NCBI GenBank assembly: GCA_020352535.1
Contig: CP070679.1
Coordinates: 1,301,016 to 1,350,744 of the forward strand
DNA: 49,729 nucleotides
Source: Candidatus Bathyarchaeota archaeon
GTDB lineage: Archaea; Thermoproteota; Bathyarchaeia; Bathyarchaeales; Bathyarchaeaceae
Direction: 5' to 3'
Numbering within the stretch: the first letter of the stretch is position 1; every line of letters starts with the position of its first letter. Below the pieces are notes generated by a model, which was given only the letters and a program-made list of their open reading frames with translations, had not been told where the DNA came from and made no database searches. The translations under genes and the position numbers were made by a program. Positions 16,637-24,693 of this stretch are shown piece after piece.

Positions 16637-17953
16637 ATGATGAAAAAAACTACAGTTTTGCTACTCTTAGCTGTACTTACGTTCGCGATAGTTCCGATGG
16701 CAAGGACAACTGATGCACCTAACTTTAACCTTCCAATGGACGTGATGATATACAGAGAACAGCTTGCAGCAAACTTTGAAGACACCATGACAACTGAGAA
16801 TGGTCTTACTGAGGAAATACCATTCTGGGTTGACATGGTAGATGCTGAAGTAGCTGAAGATGGCGAAGGCGTTTACGTGGCTGTTCTGGACACTGGGCTA
16901 CTGAGTATGTGGCCTTGGCTTTTCTCAGAAGCCAACGTAGCTTGGGAGCTAGGCAAAGGTTTCACTCATGATGTCTGGTGGGACGATGATTTACAAGACT
17001 TCTGGTGGGGTGACCTACGCGATGACCGGGGATTCCTGACAGATGATTTCATGGGCTCTGGTCACGGTACTCACGTGGTAAGCACAATTATCGGCTACAA
17101 CTACAACGACCTCTTCTGGGTTAGAGGAGTCGCACCGAAGGCCACGATAATCCCTGTGCTTGTATTGGATGCATGGATGGTTCCTTACCCAGGAGGAACC
17201 GCCCTATTCGCCGGAGGTACTAACGAGATGGTTGCTGCTGGCATCAACTACATCGCTGATTTAGCCGAGACTCTAGATGGTCCAGTAATTATAAGCATGA
17301 GTCTTGGTGGTCCATATCCATCTAGGCTGATCGAAAATGCAATCAAATATGCCATCCGCAACGATGTTATCGTAGTGGCCTCAGCAGGCAATGAAGGCTA
17401 CGACGGTATGGGGTGGCCAGGAGCATATCCTCAAGTCATATCCTGCGCCATGGCAGGATGGACAGAACAATGGATTGGCTATCCTGCGAGATGGTGGCTG
17501 AACGACGTAGCAGAGAACCTTAACACACCGGACTACTGGGGAAACAACTGGCAGCTCTTCCTTGATTACCTCAGCTCACGACCAAACAAAGACCTTGGAC
17601 AGAAAGCTTGGCACTTGGACGTTACAACTCCAGGCGCTGCCATCGTAGGACCCTACAAGCCCTACTTCAGCTACGCCGCCGGTTACTACTATCTCTGGGG
17701 TACCAGCATGGCCGCACCTCACACATCCGGAATCGCGGCACTAGTTCTTCAGAATCATCCAAAGACACGCCAAGAAGACATGGAACAGATACTCAAAACC
17801 GCAGCAGCGGGTCTACCTATGGCATCAGATGGCTCTCTGGCACTCGATGTCCCAGGCTGGCTGTATTACTTCTGGTGGTACGGCAAGGACTGGGGAAGCG
17901 GCTTCCTCCAAGCTGATACAGCGCTGTTCGTCGCAAGCGACAAGTCGAACTAG
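16637..17953 (+). CDS. Secreted subtilisin-like serine protease (peptidase S8), paralogue of 15076-16455
   Basis: 'VAVLDTGL', 'SGHGTHVVSTIIGYNYN', 'SAGNEG' and 'GTSMAAPHTSGIAALVL'. Signal peptide 'MMKKTTVLLLLAVLTFAIVPMA'. AAAGGAG lies before the ATG. Divergent from its paralogue. Confidence 0.9.
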   Translation: MMKKTTVLLLLAVLTFAIVPMARTTDAPNFNLPMDVMIYREQLAANFEDTMTTENGLTEEIPFWVDMVDAEVAEDGEGVYVAVLDTGLLSMWPWLFSEANVAWELGKGFTHDVWWDDDLQDFWWGDLRDDRGFLTDDFMGSGHGTHVVSTIIGYNYNDLFWVRGVAPKATIIPVLVLDAWMVPYPGGTALFAGGTNEMVAAGINYIADLAETLDGPVIISMSLGGPYPSRLIENAIKYAIRNDVIVVASAGNEGYDGMGWPGAYPQVISCAMAGWTEQWIGYPARWWLNDVAENLNTPDYWGNNWQLFLDYLSSRPNKDLGQKAWHLDVTTPGAAIVGPYKPYFSYAAGYYYLWGTSMAAPHTSGIAALVLQNHPKTRQEDMEQILKTAAAGLPMASDGSLALDVPGWLYYFWWYGKDWGSGFLQADTALFVASDKSN

Positions 17954-17958
17954 TCCCG

Positions 17959-18008
17959 CCTTCAAGTCCGCGAAGGAGAGGAACCTTCCAATCCTTTCCC
18001 CTTTTTTT
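17959..18008 (+). terminator. Hairpin plus T7 run downstream of the second protease gene
   Basis: ccttc(17959-63)...gaagg(17972-76) stem followed by a TTTTTTT run at 18002-18008. Oligo-T is the usual archaeal termination signal. Confidence 0.4.
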
Positions 18009-18064
18009 ATGCTTTAGCGTACGAGCTAGCAAATCCGCCAGTGGCAGACAACGAACTAGCTCAT

Positions 18065-19228
18065 CTATCCGAATAGGGAGTGATACCACTTTATGATGTA
18101 TTCCGGTAGGATTAGCCCTTTTTCTCTCAACCTTTCCACTAGCTTGACTGGCAGCGGACTCAGCACAAATGCAGCTCGCATATAGAACCTTCTGGGCTGT
18201 CCAGACTCGACTTCCTCCTCTAATACTACGCTGTAATCTGATTTCCTGTCTAGCGATGAGTTTCTAGTACCGGTTACTGAGAAGACACTCCCCTTCAGCG
18301 CTTTGAAGATGTCGCACCAATTGATAACAGACTTTGTTTCTCCTGAGTAGGATACTAAGATTTCAAGGTCTCCCGCTCTCGGGCGAGGCGTGTTTACACC
18401 TTGCACAATGTAAACATTGTCTCCGAGGAATTTCTTGATATGGGCGAGTCGGATCACAGTCATCTTCAACATTTCATCTGCTGTACCCTTTCCACCTAGG
18501 AACACGTCGCTTCTTCTCTCTAGTATGTCAATCAGCGAGTCGTAGGCTTGTGAGCTAACATTTTGGTCAATCATTCTTCCAAGAAGTCGGAATTCTCGTT
18601 CAGAACGGTTGAATTCCTCCCCTACAGTGCGATTGCGAAATAGGGCATCAGCCAACATGTGGAGAATAAAGAGACTTTCAAGTTCAAACACGTCGCCCAT
18701 TATTCCAGTTTCACTATACTTCTCGGTCGGCTGCTCTTCTTCCGCTCTCCCCTTAATCGTGACTACCTCACCATAACCGCCAACGACGTCTGCAATAGAA
18801 GACGATGGGGAAGAGGTTATCAACCCCATAGAAAAGCTCTTGCTACCTGTATCCTCAATGTACTGGGCAAGTTCTTCTACAAGCGCCTTTGGATCCTTAG
18901 ATTCCCCACTTCCAGAATTAATGAGCAAGAGTACCCGTTCATATCGCTTCTCAAGCTTGGCTGCAGCATCATACATATCCTTCCCAGGGAACCCTGGATC
19001 GTCAGGAGTGAGTACAATCTTCGAGTCTTTCATCATGGCCATTTGACTCATCGCCGCGTTCAAAGAATATAACGACCGACCCGAACCACCACAGACCACA
19101 CAATCTGCTGACTTCAAGATGTCATACAAAGGGGTAAGGCTGCTGTCTCTCAAATCGAAGATGTTATCTCGAATCTTGTTGACATAACCAATTTCACAGA
19201 TTCTACCTCGGATTTTCACCAGCTCCAT
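18065..19228 (-). CDS. Tandem SIS-domain protein (fused double phosphosugar isomerase/binding fold, PHI-like C-terminal half)
   Basis: First SIS: 'CVVCGGSGRSLYSLNAA...LLLINSGSGESKD'. Second SIS: 'VFLGGKGTADEML...GDLEILVSYSGETKSVINWC...SVFSVTG', resembling 6-phospho-3-hexuloisomerase. Confidence 0.6.
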   Translation of the reverse strand: MELVKIRGRICEIGYVNKIRDNIFDLRDSSLTPLYDILKSADCVVCGGSGRSLYSLNAAMSQMAMMKDSKIVLTPDDPGFPGKDMYDAAAKLEKRYERVLLLINSGSGESKDPKALVEELAQYIEDTGSKSFSMGLITSSPSSSIADVVGGYGEVVTIKGRAEEEQPTEKYSETGIMGDVFELESLFILHMLADALFRNRTVGEEFNRSEREFRLLGRMIDQNVSSQAYDSLIDILERRSDVFLGGKGTADEMLKMTVIRLAHIKKFLGDNVYIVQGVNTPRPRAGDLEILVSYSGETKSVINWCDIFKALKGSVFSVTGTRNSSLDRKSDYSVVLEEEVESGQPRRFYMRAAFVLSPLPVKLVERLREKGLILPEYIIKWYHSLFG

Positions 19229-19365
19229 AGAGACGCTCGGAGAGTTGTCTTCAGATGTTAGATCTGCAGGTTTATACCTCTTATGTCAAAACGATGTTCC
19301 GCTTTTGCAGTCCTGCATTCCTGCGCGTGCGCATTTTGCCCAGTGAGGGGGGAACTTTAAATATA

Positions 19366-19376
19366 TCGGATTAGCG
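19366..19376 (+). promoter_or_regulatory. TATA-like box (TTTAAATATAT) upstream of the tiny basic ORF
   Basis: AT-rich element in a 370-bp intergenic region, about 53 nt upstream of the ATG at 19429. Confidence 0.25.
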
Positions 19377-19428
19377 GAAGGAATATGTTTGCGAGAGAAA
19401 AGCGCTTACAGCAAAGGATTTGTGTGTA

Positions 19429-19521
19429 ATGGGAAGTAAAAGGCACCACGGTATGACTGGCAAAACCAAGAAAAAGAAGCAGCGCCGGGTCGGTCGAGCT
19501 CGAAGGCGCAGAAAAAAGTAA
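19429..19521 (+). CDS. Candidate 30-aa highly basic micro-protein (MGSKRHHGMTGKTKKKKQRRVGRARRRRKK)
   Basis: Not in the ORF track because it is under 60 aa. It has an ATG, 60% K/R content, a TATA-like box upstream and T-runs downstream. Composition resembles tiny ribosomal proteins of the eS30/eL41 class ('HG..T..GK ... GRA.RR'). Confidence 0.3.
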   Translation: MGSKRHHGMTGKTKKKKQRRVGRARRRRKK

Positions 19522-19535
19522 GACGACAGACTGCT

Positions 19536-19584
19536 AAAAAAAGCGTCGTTCTGTCTTTGCTGTTCTTTGAAAAAACGATTTTTT
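19536..19584. terminator. Bidirectional oligo-T/oligo-A termination region between convergent genes
   Basis: A7 (19536-42) and A6 (19570-75) give T-runs on the minus strand after the ecfT stop. T6 (19579-84) on the plus strand follows the micro-ORF. Confidence 0.35.
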
Positions 19585-19598
19585 GGGTTGTTATATGT

Positions 19599-20417
19599 TC
19601 AGGCTGCAGCTAGACGTAGAGGTATAAGTAGGCTAGAAAGCAGTGGAATCTGTTCTCGATAGAAAATCCAAAAGTAGGCTGCAAGAATAAGTATGGTAGC
19701 AGAGATGAGTATTAGGACATAGTCTCCCCGTTTCATCCGAAGGACATAAAGATTCGTGCGTTTCTTGGTCGCGCCCCAAGCTCGAGATTCCATTGCTTCA
19801 GCAAGCTCCAAGCTTCTTCGGATAGCGCTTACGATGAGTGGAATGAGAACTGGAATGTAGTTCTTGACCTTCTTGATGAAGTTCCCTCGCTCAAGCTCTA
19901 ACCCTCTAGCCTTTTGAGCATCCATGATGGTCTGTGCCTCTTCAGCCAGAACGGGCACAAAACGAACGGCTGTGGTGAAGGCGAAGCAGAATTCATAAGG
20001 TACGTGGCTCTGCTCCAACGCCAAGCCTAAGTGGTCAGGGGAGGTCGTGAGGAAAAACACGGAGAATGATTCAACTAGCACTATGAAGCGTAAGGTCATC
20101 GCGATAGAGTGTTCCAATAGGGATGGAGAGGGTAGGAGGGGGTACTCTGTCCAGAAATAGGTGAACACGAAATTAAAGACAAAAATCATAGTTGCGAAGA
20201 GCAGAGCGCCTCTTAAAGACCGAATCCACTCGCGTTGAACTCCGGCAATGAACACGAAGGGGAGTTGAATCAGAAATAGCAGAATAAGAGGTAGTAATTG
20301 ATTGAACATTATTGCTATCACAAATATGGCCAAGACGTAGAAGAACTTGACTCGTGGGTCTAACTGGTGAATTGGGGAGTAGACCCGCCTAAACTTGAAG
20401 CCTTCGAAGACACTCAT
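19599..20417 (-). CDS. ecfT: ECF transporter transmembrane component (EcfT/CbiQ family)
   Basis: 272 aa polytopic protein. 'MDAQKARGLELE' and '...LIVSAIRRSLELAEAMESRAW' resemble the EcfT coupling-helix Ala-Arg-Gly region. 4-nt overlap with the upstream ATPase gene. Confidence 0.8.
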   Translation of the reverse strand: MSVFEGFKFRRVYSPIHQLDPRVKFFYVLAIFVIAIMFNQLLPLILLFLIQLPFVFIAGVQREWIRSLRGALLFATMIFVFNFVFTYFWTEYPLLPSPSLLEHSIAMTLRFIVLVESFSVFFLTTSPDHLGLALEQSHVPYEFCFAFTTAVRFVPVLAEEAQTIMDAQKARGLELERGNFIKKVKNYIPVLIPLIVSAIRRSLELAEAMESRAWGATKKRTNLYVLRMKRGDYVLILISATILILAAYFWIFYREQIPLLSSLLIPLRLAAA

Positions 20418-21235
20418 GTTGAAGCCTCAAGGCGCTTGATAATGACATCTCTCGCATCGTAGACATTAATGATATCTTGTGGCAAATCTTGGTCAGAGAG
20501 CTCAAAGAATATCTGAGAAATCTGTGGGGGGACTATGGATGCCTGAGCAACCAAGTCACGGTTTGTCAGAATTTTATTAGCGGGGCCATCAGCTAAAATC
20601 TTCCCCTGAACCATCAAGGCAACGCGAGGGTTGCATTCTGCGACAAACTCGACGTCATGGGTGACAATTATCACGGTTTTTCCCTGCGTGTTCAGCTGAA
20701 CGATAAACTGTCGAAGCTTCTCCTTTTGCTGGTGGTCTTGACCGATTGTTGGTTCATCAAGAATCACAATGTCAGGATTCCAAGCAAGAACTGAGGCGAG
20801 TGCAACTCGCTTCCGCTCTCCACCACTAAGCATGAAGGGAGAGGTCTGTCGGTATTGCGTTAGGCTCAACAGGTTCAGAGCCCAAGTTACGCGCTTCTTT
20901 ATGAGTTGCTTTGAAAAGTTAAAGTTACGGAGGGCAAAGGCTACCTCCTCTTCAACGGTCTCGCAGAAGAGCTGATGGTCTGGATTCTGAAACACGAATC
21001 CAACTTCTCTTGAGAGTTTGGCTACGCTTACTTTCTTTGTGCTGGTTCCATTCACCAGCACTTCACCTTTTGTTGGCTTTAGCAATCCGTTGATGTGTTT
21101 TACCAAGGTTGTTTTTCCTGCTCCGTTTTGACCCATAATGGCCATGAACTCTCCGGTCTTGACTTCTACAGAGACACCGCTAAGGGCTTCGACACCGTTT
21201 GGATAGGTGAAATGGATGTTCCTAGCTTCAATCAA
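20414..21235 (-). CDS. ecfA2: ECF transporter ATPase component (second ABC ATPase)
   Basis: Walker A 'GQNGAGKTT', signature 'LSGGERKRVALA', Walker B 'IVILDEPT' and 'VTHD'. Gene order is A-A'-T. Confidence 0.9.
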   Translation of the reverse strand: MIEARNIHFTYPNGVEALSGVSVEVKTGEFMAIMGQNGAGKTTLVKHINGLLKPTKGEVLVNGTSTKKVSVAKLSREVGFVFQNPDHQLFCETVEEEVAFALRNFNFSKQLIKKRVTWALNLLSLTQYRQTSPFMLSGGERKRVALASVLAWNPDIVILDEPTIGQDHQQKEKLRQFIVQLNTQGKTVIIVTHDVEFVAECNPRVALMVQGKILADGPANKILTNRDLVAQASIVPPQISQIFFELSDQDLPQDIINVYDARDVIIKRLEAST

Positions 21236-22076
21236 GCGTTAAGACCTCTCGGAGGGATCTCGCTGCTTCTTCAGGGTTCATTGGAATCCTCTTTAATGAT
21301 ACGCCTTTCTCTCTGAGAACCTGGTATAGCCGGGTTGCCTTAGGAATTCCAACTCCAATTAGACGGGCATCTTCAGAGGTGAATATTCCTCGAGGTTCGC
21401 CGTCGAGCATTACCTTTCCTTCATCCATTACTATGACATGATTTGCGAATTTTCCAGCCAAGTCCAGTCTATGTTCAACGAGGATTGTTGTGATGCCTAG
21501 ATCCTTGTTCAGTCTACTTATCACATCGAAGATTTTCTGGGCTCCTACTGGGTCAAGAAATGATGTTGGTTCGTCGAGAATCATCACGTCAGGCTGCATC
21601 GCGAGTACGCAGGCAATTGCCACACGCTGCTGTTGACCTCCAGAAAGTTCATGAGGCGCCCTCTCTCGGATGTTTGTTATGCCAGTCATTCGAAGGGCCC
21701 AGTCAACTCGTTTTTGAATCTCGTCTCTGGGTATCCCGAGGTTTTCAAGTCCGAAGGCTACGTCCTTTTCCACTGATAATGCAAAGAGCTGATTTTCCGG
21801 GCTCTGGAAGACAAGACCAACGTGTTGAGCGAGGTCGCAGATTGCTTGCTGTGTCACATTGAGACCAGTGACTGTTACATCCCCTTGCAGCTCTCCACCG
21901 TAGAAGTGAGGAACCAATCCATTGAAGCATCGGCACAGTGTTGTCTTTCCGCAGCCACTCGGACCGGTGAGGACCACAAACTCTCCTTTTTTAATCTCTA
22001 TAGTTACGTCTTGAAGAGAAGACCTTGTGCTCCCAGGATAGGTGTATGTGAGATTTGCGGTCTCGATGATTGCCAT
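21228..22076 (-). CDS. ecfA1: ECF transporter ATPase component (first ABC ATPase)
   Basis: Walker A 'GPSGCGKTT', signature 'LSGGQQQRVAIA', Walker B 'VMILDEPTSFLD' and 'VEHR'. 8-nt overlap with the next ATPase gene. Confidence 0.9.
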   Translation of the reverse strand: MAIIETANLTYTYPGSTRSSLQDVTIEIKKGEFVVLTGPSGCGKTTLCRCFNGLVPHFYGGELQGDVTVTGLNVTQQAICDLAQHVGLVFQSPENQLFALSVEKDVAFGLENLGIPRDEIQKRVDWALRMTGITNIRERAPHELSGGQQQRVAIACVLAMQPDVMILDEPTSFLDPVGAQKIFDVISRLNKDLGITTILVEHRLDLAGKFANHVIVMDEGKVMLDGEPRGIFTSEDARLIGVGIPKATRLYQVLREKGVSLKRIPMNPEEAARSLREVLTLD

Positions 22077-22140
22077 GCATTCGCTCGCCTATCTACTTGC
22101 CGAGGGCTGTTCCACTTAAGAGTAGCTACTCAGAAAAGGG

Positions 22141-23127
22141 TCAATCCAGCCTCTTCTTCAGAAGTCTTGCACACCTATTGAGGACAGCTTCTAGACTGCC
22201 TTTCCCATTAGCACCTGCTGAGACTGCGTGCCCTCCACCCATGCCGTGAAGGAACTCACCTAAAGGCTTGGCTATGTCGCGGCCGAGGTGCACCCCAGTT
22301 TTCTCATAGAAGTCTCGACTTGACCGCAAACTCGTTTGAATCTCTCCTCCTTTTCGTCCTGCAACGATAGCAACATCTGCCCCGGTTCTAATCAGGGCTC
22401 TTGCAGCGGAAGCTTGGTATGCGTTGACATGTGATAGTAGGACCAGCCACTTTCCTAGATTCAGAAGCTTTGCGCGTTGAGAGGCCTTAAGTCTGGCAAC
22501 CCGTTCTGACTCGTCCATAACCAACGAAATTAAAGGTAGAACCTCTTGGGCATTCACATCAGAATCAACAAGATCTGCCACCGCCTTCAATGTGGCGGAG
22601 GTGGCTAGAATGAAGTGGCGCGTGTCAAACGCGATTCCAATGAAGAGAGCCGTAGCTTCTGATTGGCCAATTTCGATACTCGCCTCTTTAAAAAGATCAT
22701 ACACGATCTCGCAAGTAGATGAAGCGGTGTCATCACCCACGTATATCGTTGCTAGGCGCTCTGTTTCCGGATGCCTTGCATGGTGATCGACTACGACAAG
22801 CGGAGCACCAGCTGCCTCGATACATTCACCCCACTCACCAAGCTGCTGAATAGTGTTGGTGTCTAGCAGGATAATGACATCTGCTTCGTCTAAACGTGGC
22901 TCTGCCGTTAGTTCAACAGGCAGTGATTGCATGATAGATTTCGTCAGCTTACTCGGTCCTTGAGCTGCTGCGATCTTAACCTCGAGACTAGGGTTCAAGC
23001 GCTTCAGCAGCCTGGAAAAAGCAAACGCAGCATATGTTGCATCAGGGTCAGCGTTATGATGACATAGAAGGACGATATGTTTGGCCTTATGTTGATCTAG
23101 AAGAGCCTTTATTTTCTGGACTCGCAT
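22141..23127 (-). CDS. DHH/DHHA1 family phosphoesterase (NrnA-like)
   Basis: Motifs 'LLCHHNADPDA', 'ILLDT', 'VVDHHARH' and the DHHA1 motif 'GGGHAVSAGA'. Confidence 0.8.
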   Translation of the reverse strand: MRVQKIKALLDQHKAKHIVLLCHHNADPDATYAAFAFSRLLKRLNPSLEVKIAAAQGPSKLTKSIMQSLPVELTAEPRLDEADVIILLDTNTIQQLGEWGECIEAAGAPLVVVDHHARHPETERLATIYVGDDTASSTCEIVYDLFKEASIEIGQSEATALFIGIAFDTRHFILATSATLKAVADLVDSDVNAQEVLPLISLVMDESERVARLKASQRAKLLNLGKWLVLLSHVNAYQASAARALIRTGADVAIVAGRKGGEIQTSLRSSRDFYEKTGVHLGRDIAKPLGEFLHGMGGGHAVSAGANGKGSLEAVLNRCARLLKKRLD

Positions 23128-23411
23128 GCAATAGTCCTCAGATATTCTTCAACAGCCATGAAAGCTTTTTTCGTTGCCTCGTTGACTAGCTTATCGACAT
23201 CAGAAGATCTTTCATTCCTTACCAGATTGACCCTTACATCTACACTCACTGTGATAGGGTGTGTGCCCTCGGTGTCAATCGTCACATCAAGGCTAGAAAT
23301 CCTATTTGAAGTTAACTTTGATAAAATATGTTCTCGCGCTGCCTGCTCTGCGATTTCACAAAGCTTCTCCATCTGCTCAGAAGTAAGTTCTGGTAGACCC
23401 ATTTCCTCCAA
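23109..23411 (-). CDS. Small conserved archaeal hypothetical protein (possibly DUF3194-like)
   Basis: 100 aa, sitting between pfdB and the DHH gene with a 19-nt overlap with the latter. The family assignment is from memory of pfdB-linked small proteins and is not verified. Confidence 0.45.
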   Translation of the reverse strand: MEEMGLPELTSEQMEKLCEIAEQAAREHILSKLTSNRISSLDVTIDTEGTHPITVSVDVRVNLVRNERSSDVDKLVNEATKKAFMAVEEYLRTIACESRK

Positions 23412-23423
23412 AAGGCTCTCACC

Positions 23424-23798
23424 TTACGGAACGGGTGGTGAGATCGGGCGTAAATCGTGCTGCAATTTTGTCTGCAAATCCTTGGCTTGCGTCCGTAGTC
23501 GCTCCTCCTGCTTGCCCAAGACGTTAATTCTCATTTTGAGTAGATCCTTTCGTTCATTCAGGTCAACGGTCACTTTATCCTTCTTCGACTTCACTAAAAG
23601 CGAGCCAATTGACTTGTAGATTGTCGCAGACTCTGTCAGGTTCTCCAATTCGCCAAGTGCCTGATCAACCTCAGTCGACTCTAGCTCAAGCTGCTGTTTC
23701 TGCGTCAACACAGCCTGCAAGGTCTGTTGTACTTGCTGAAGCCTCAGTAGGCGCTGTTGAACCTGAGGAGGAAGCTGGGAGATATCTTCGCTCATCAC
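23424..23798 (-). CDS. pfdB: Prefoldin beta subunit
   Basis: 124 aa coiled coil - beta-hairpin - coiled coil. 'LPPQVQQRLLRLQQVQQTLQAV..QKQQLE.E..E...AL.EL' followed by 'IYKSIGSLLVKSKKDKV...L.ER...L..R...L.KQEERL'. Superoperon context. Confidence 0.8.
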   Translation of the reverse strand: MMSEDISQLPPQVQQRLLRLQQVQQTLQAVLTQKQQLELESTEVDQALGELENLTESATIYKSIGSLLVKSKKDKVTVDLNERKDLLKMRINVLGKQEERLRTQAKDLQTKLQHDLRPISPPVP

Positions 23799-23980
23799 AA
23801 TTCCTCAAGCAGTCATTTTCAGATTCTGTCTGCAATATAGCAGGGCATTAATTAAGCGTTTTCACAAATGAAGCAAGCCTTGTCTTTCATAGCAGTATCC
23901 GGACTGAAACCTTCAGCCCGGATGAAGTTGTGCATCCCTTGTTCCGTAGAATGATTTTCAGGCCAGGGAAGAACTGATCC

Positions 23981-24301
23981 TCAAGAAGCCGTTTCCACCT
24001 TAGCAGATGTCAATTCATCAACACAATCAATTATGCTTCTGGCCAAGAGAACCCATCGCAGGTAAGAATTTGCAGCCGCCCTTAATGCAGAGGTATCATC
24101 CGCCTTGAGCTCCATTATTAGCGTTCTCCCATCGCGTTCAACCTGCACCTTTGAGCGTTGTGTGGATAATCTAGTTTCTGGTTTTAAGGTTTCACACACG
24201 ACCCTCAGCCATCTCTCAGAAGGAAAGCTAAGGCAGATAGTTGCTTCTGCGCGCATTCTAGAGGCCTCATCCACGATATTGTTGATGAGGACATATTTCA
24301 A
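23981..24301 (-). CDS. pcc1: KEOPS subunit Pcc1-like protein
   Basis: 'EATICLSFPSERWLRVVCETLKPE.......KVQVERDGRTLIMELKADDTSALRAAANSYLRWV' fits the Pcc1/CTAG pattern. The start could be the internal ATG at 24256. Confidence 0.6.
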   Translation of the reverse strand: MKYVLINNIVDEASRMRAEATICLSFPSERWLRVVCETLKPETRLSTQRSKVQVERDGRTLIMELKADDTSALRAAANSYLRWVLLARSIIDCVDELTSAKVETAS

Positions 24302-24381
24302 TTCTGCCGAGATACAACATTAGGTCTTTTTGTTTATTCGCCTGTAATCTTGTTCTTACGGAAGAAGAGCTGTTTCCAGGA

Positions 24382-24693
24382 TTAAGAGTTTTTGCTGGGA
24401 GATAGAGCTGCTGCAGTTTCTGGCGGCGTCTGACCCTTTGCAGATCGTTCAGCTACAATGCCAAGCTCTGTGGATGGAAGGTAAGCCCCTCCGGAAAATG
24501 TTGAACCACACTTCCGGCAATTCCAGATCCCAACACTCTTTCGTCGAACGGATTCTGAAGCACACTTAGGGCATCTGTGCTTCTTCTTCATCTGTGAAAG
24601 CACTTTAATGTACTTCTTTCTAACTGTGGAACCATAGCGGGCACCTAGCCCTCTTGTTGGTCCAACCTTCTTGGTGCGTCGTCGAGGGCTCAT
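24382..24693 (-). CDS. rpl37ae: Ribosomal protein eL43 (L37Ae)
   Basis: 'TKKVGPTRGLGARYGSTVRKKYIKV...KKHRCPKCASESVRRKSVGIWNCRKCGSTFSGGAY' shows the zinc ribbon and conserved N-terminus. It has a short C-terminal extension. Confidence 0.9.
   Translation of the reverse strand: MSPRRRTKKVGPTRGLGARYGSTVRKKYIKVLSQMKKKHRCPKCASESVRRKSVGIWNCRKCGSTFSGGAYLPSTELGIVAERSAKGQTPPETAAALSPSKNS

Noticed and set aside
17608-18089. ORFs at 17608-17916 (+), 17817-18089 (-) and 17829-18017 (+)
   Set aside because: They are alternative-frame or antisense overlaps of the S8 protease 3' end and its terminator region. They are Arg/Ser-rich with no motifs.
23919-23980. Possible C/D-box sRNA (GGATGAAG ... AATGATT ... 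CTGA) between pcc1 and pfdB
   Set aside because: The box C and C' matches are imperfect, no clear D' box is present, guide spacings are off, and the element is on the strand opposite the surrounding operon. Evidence is insufficient.
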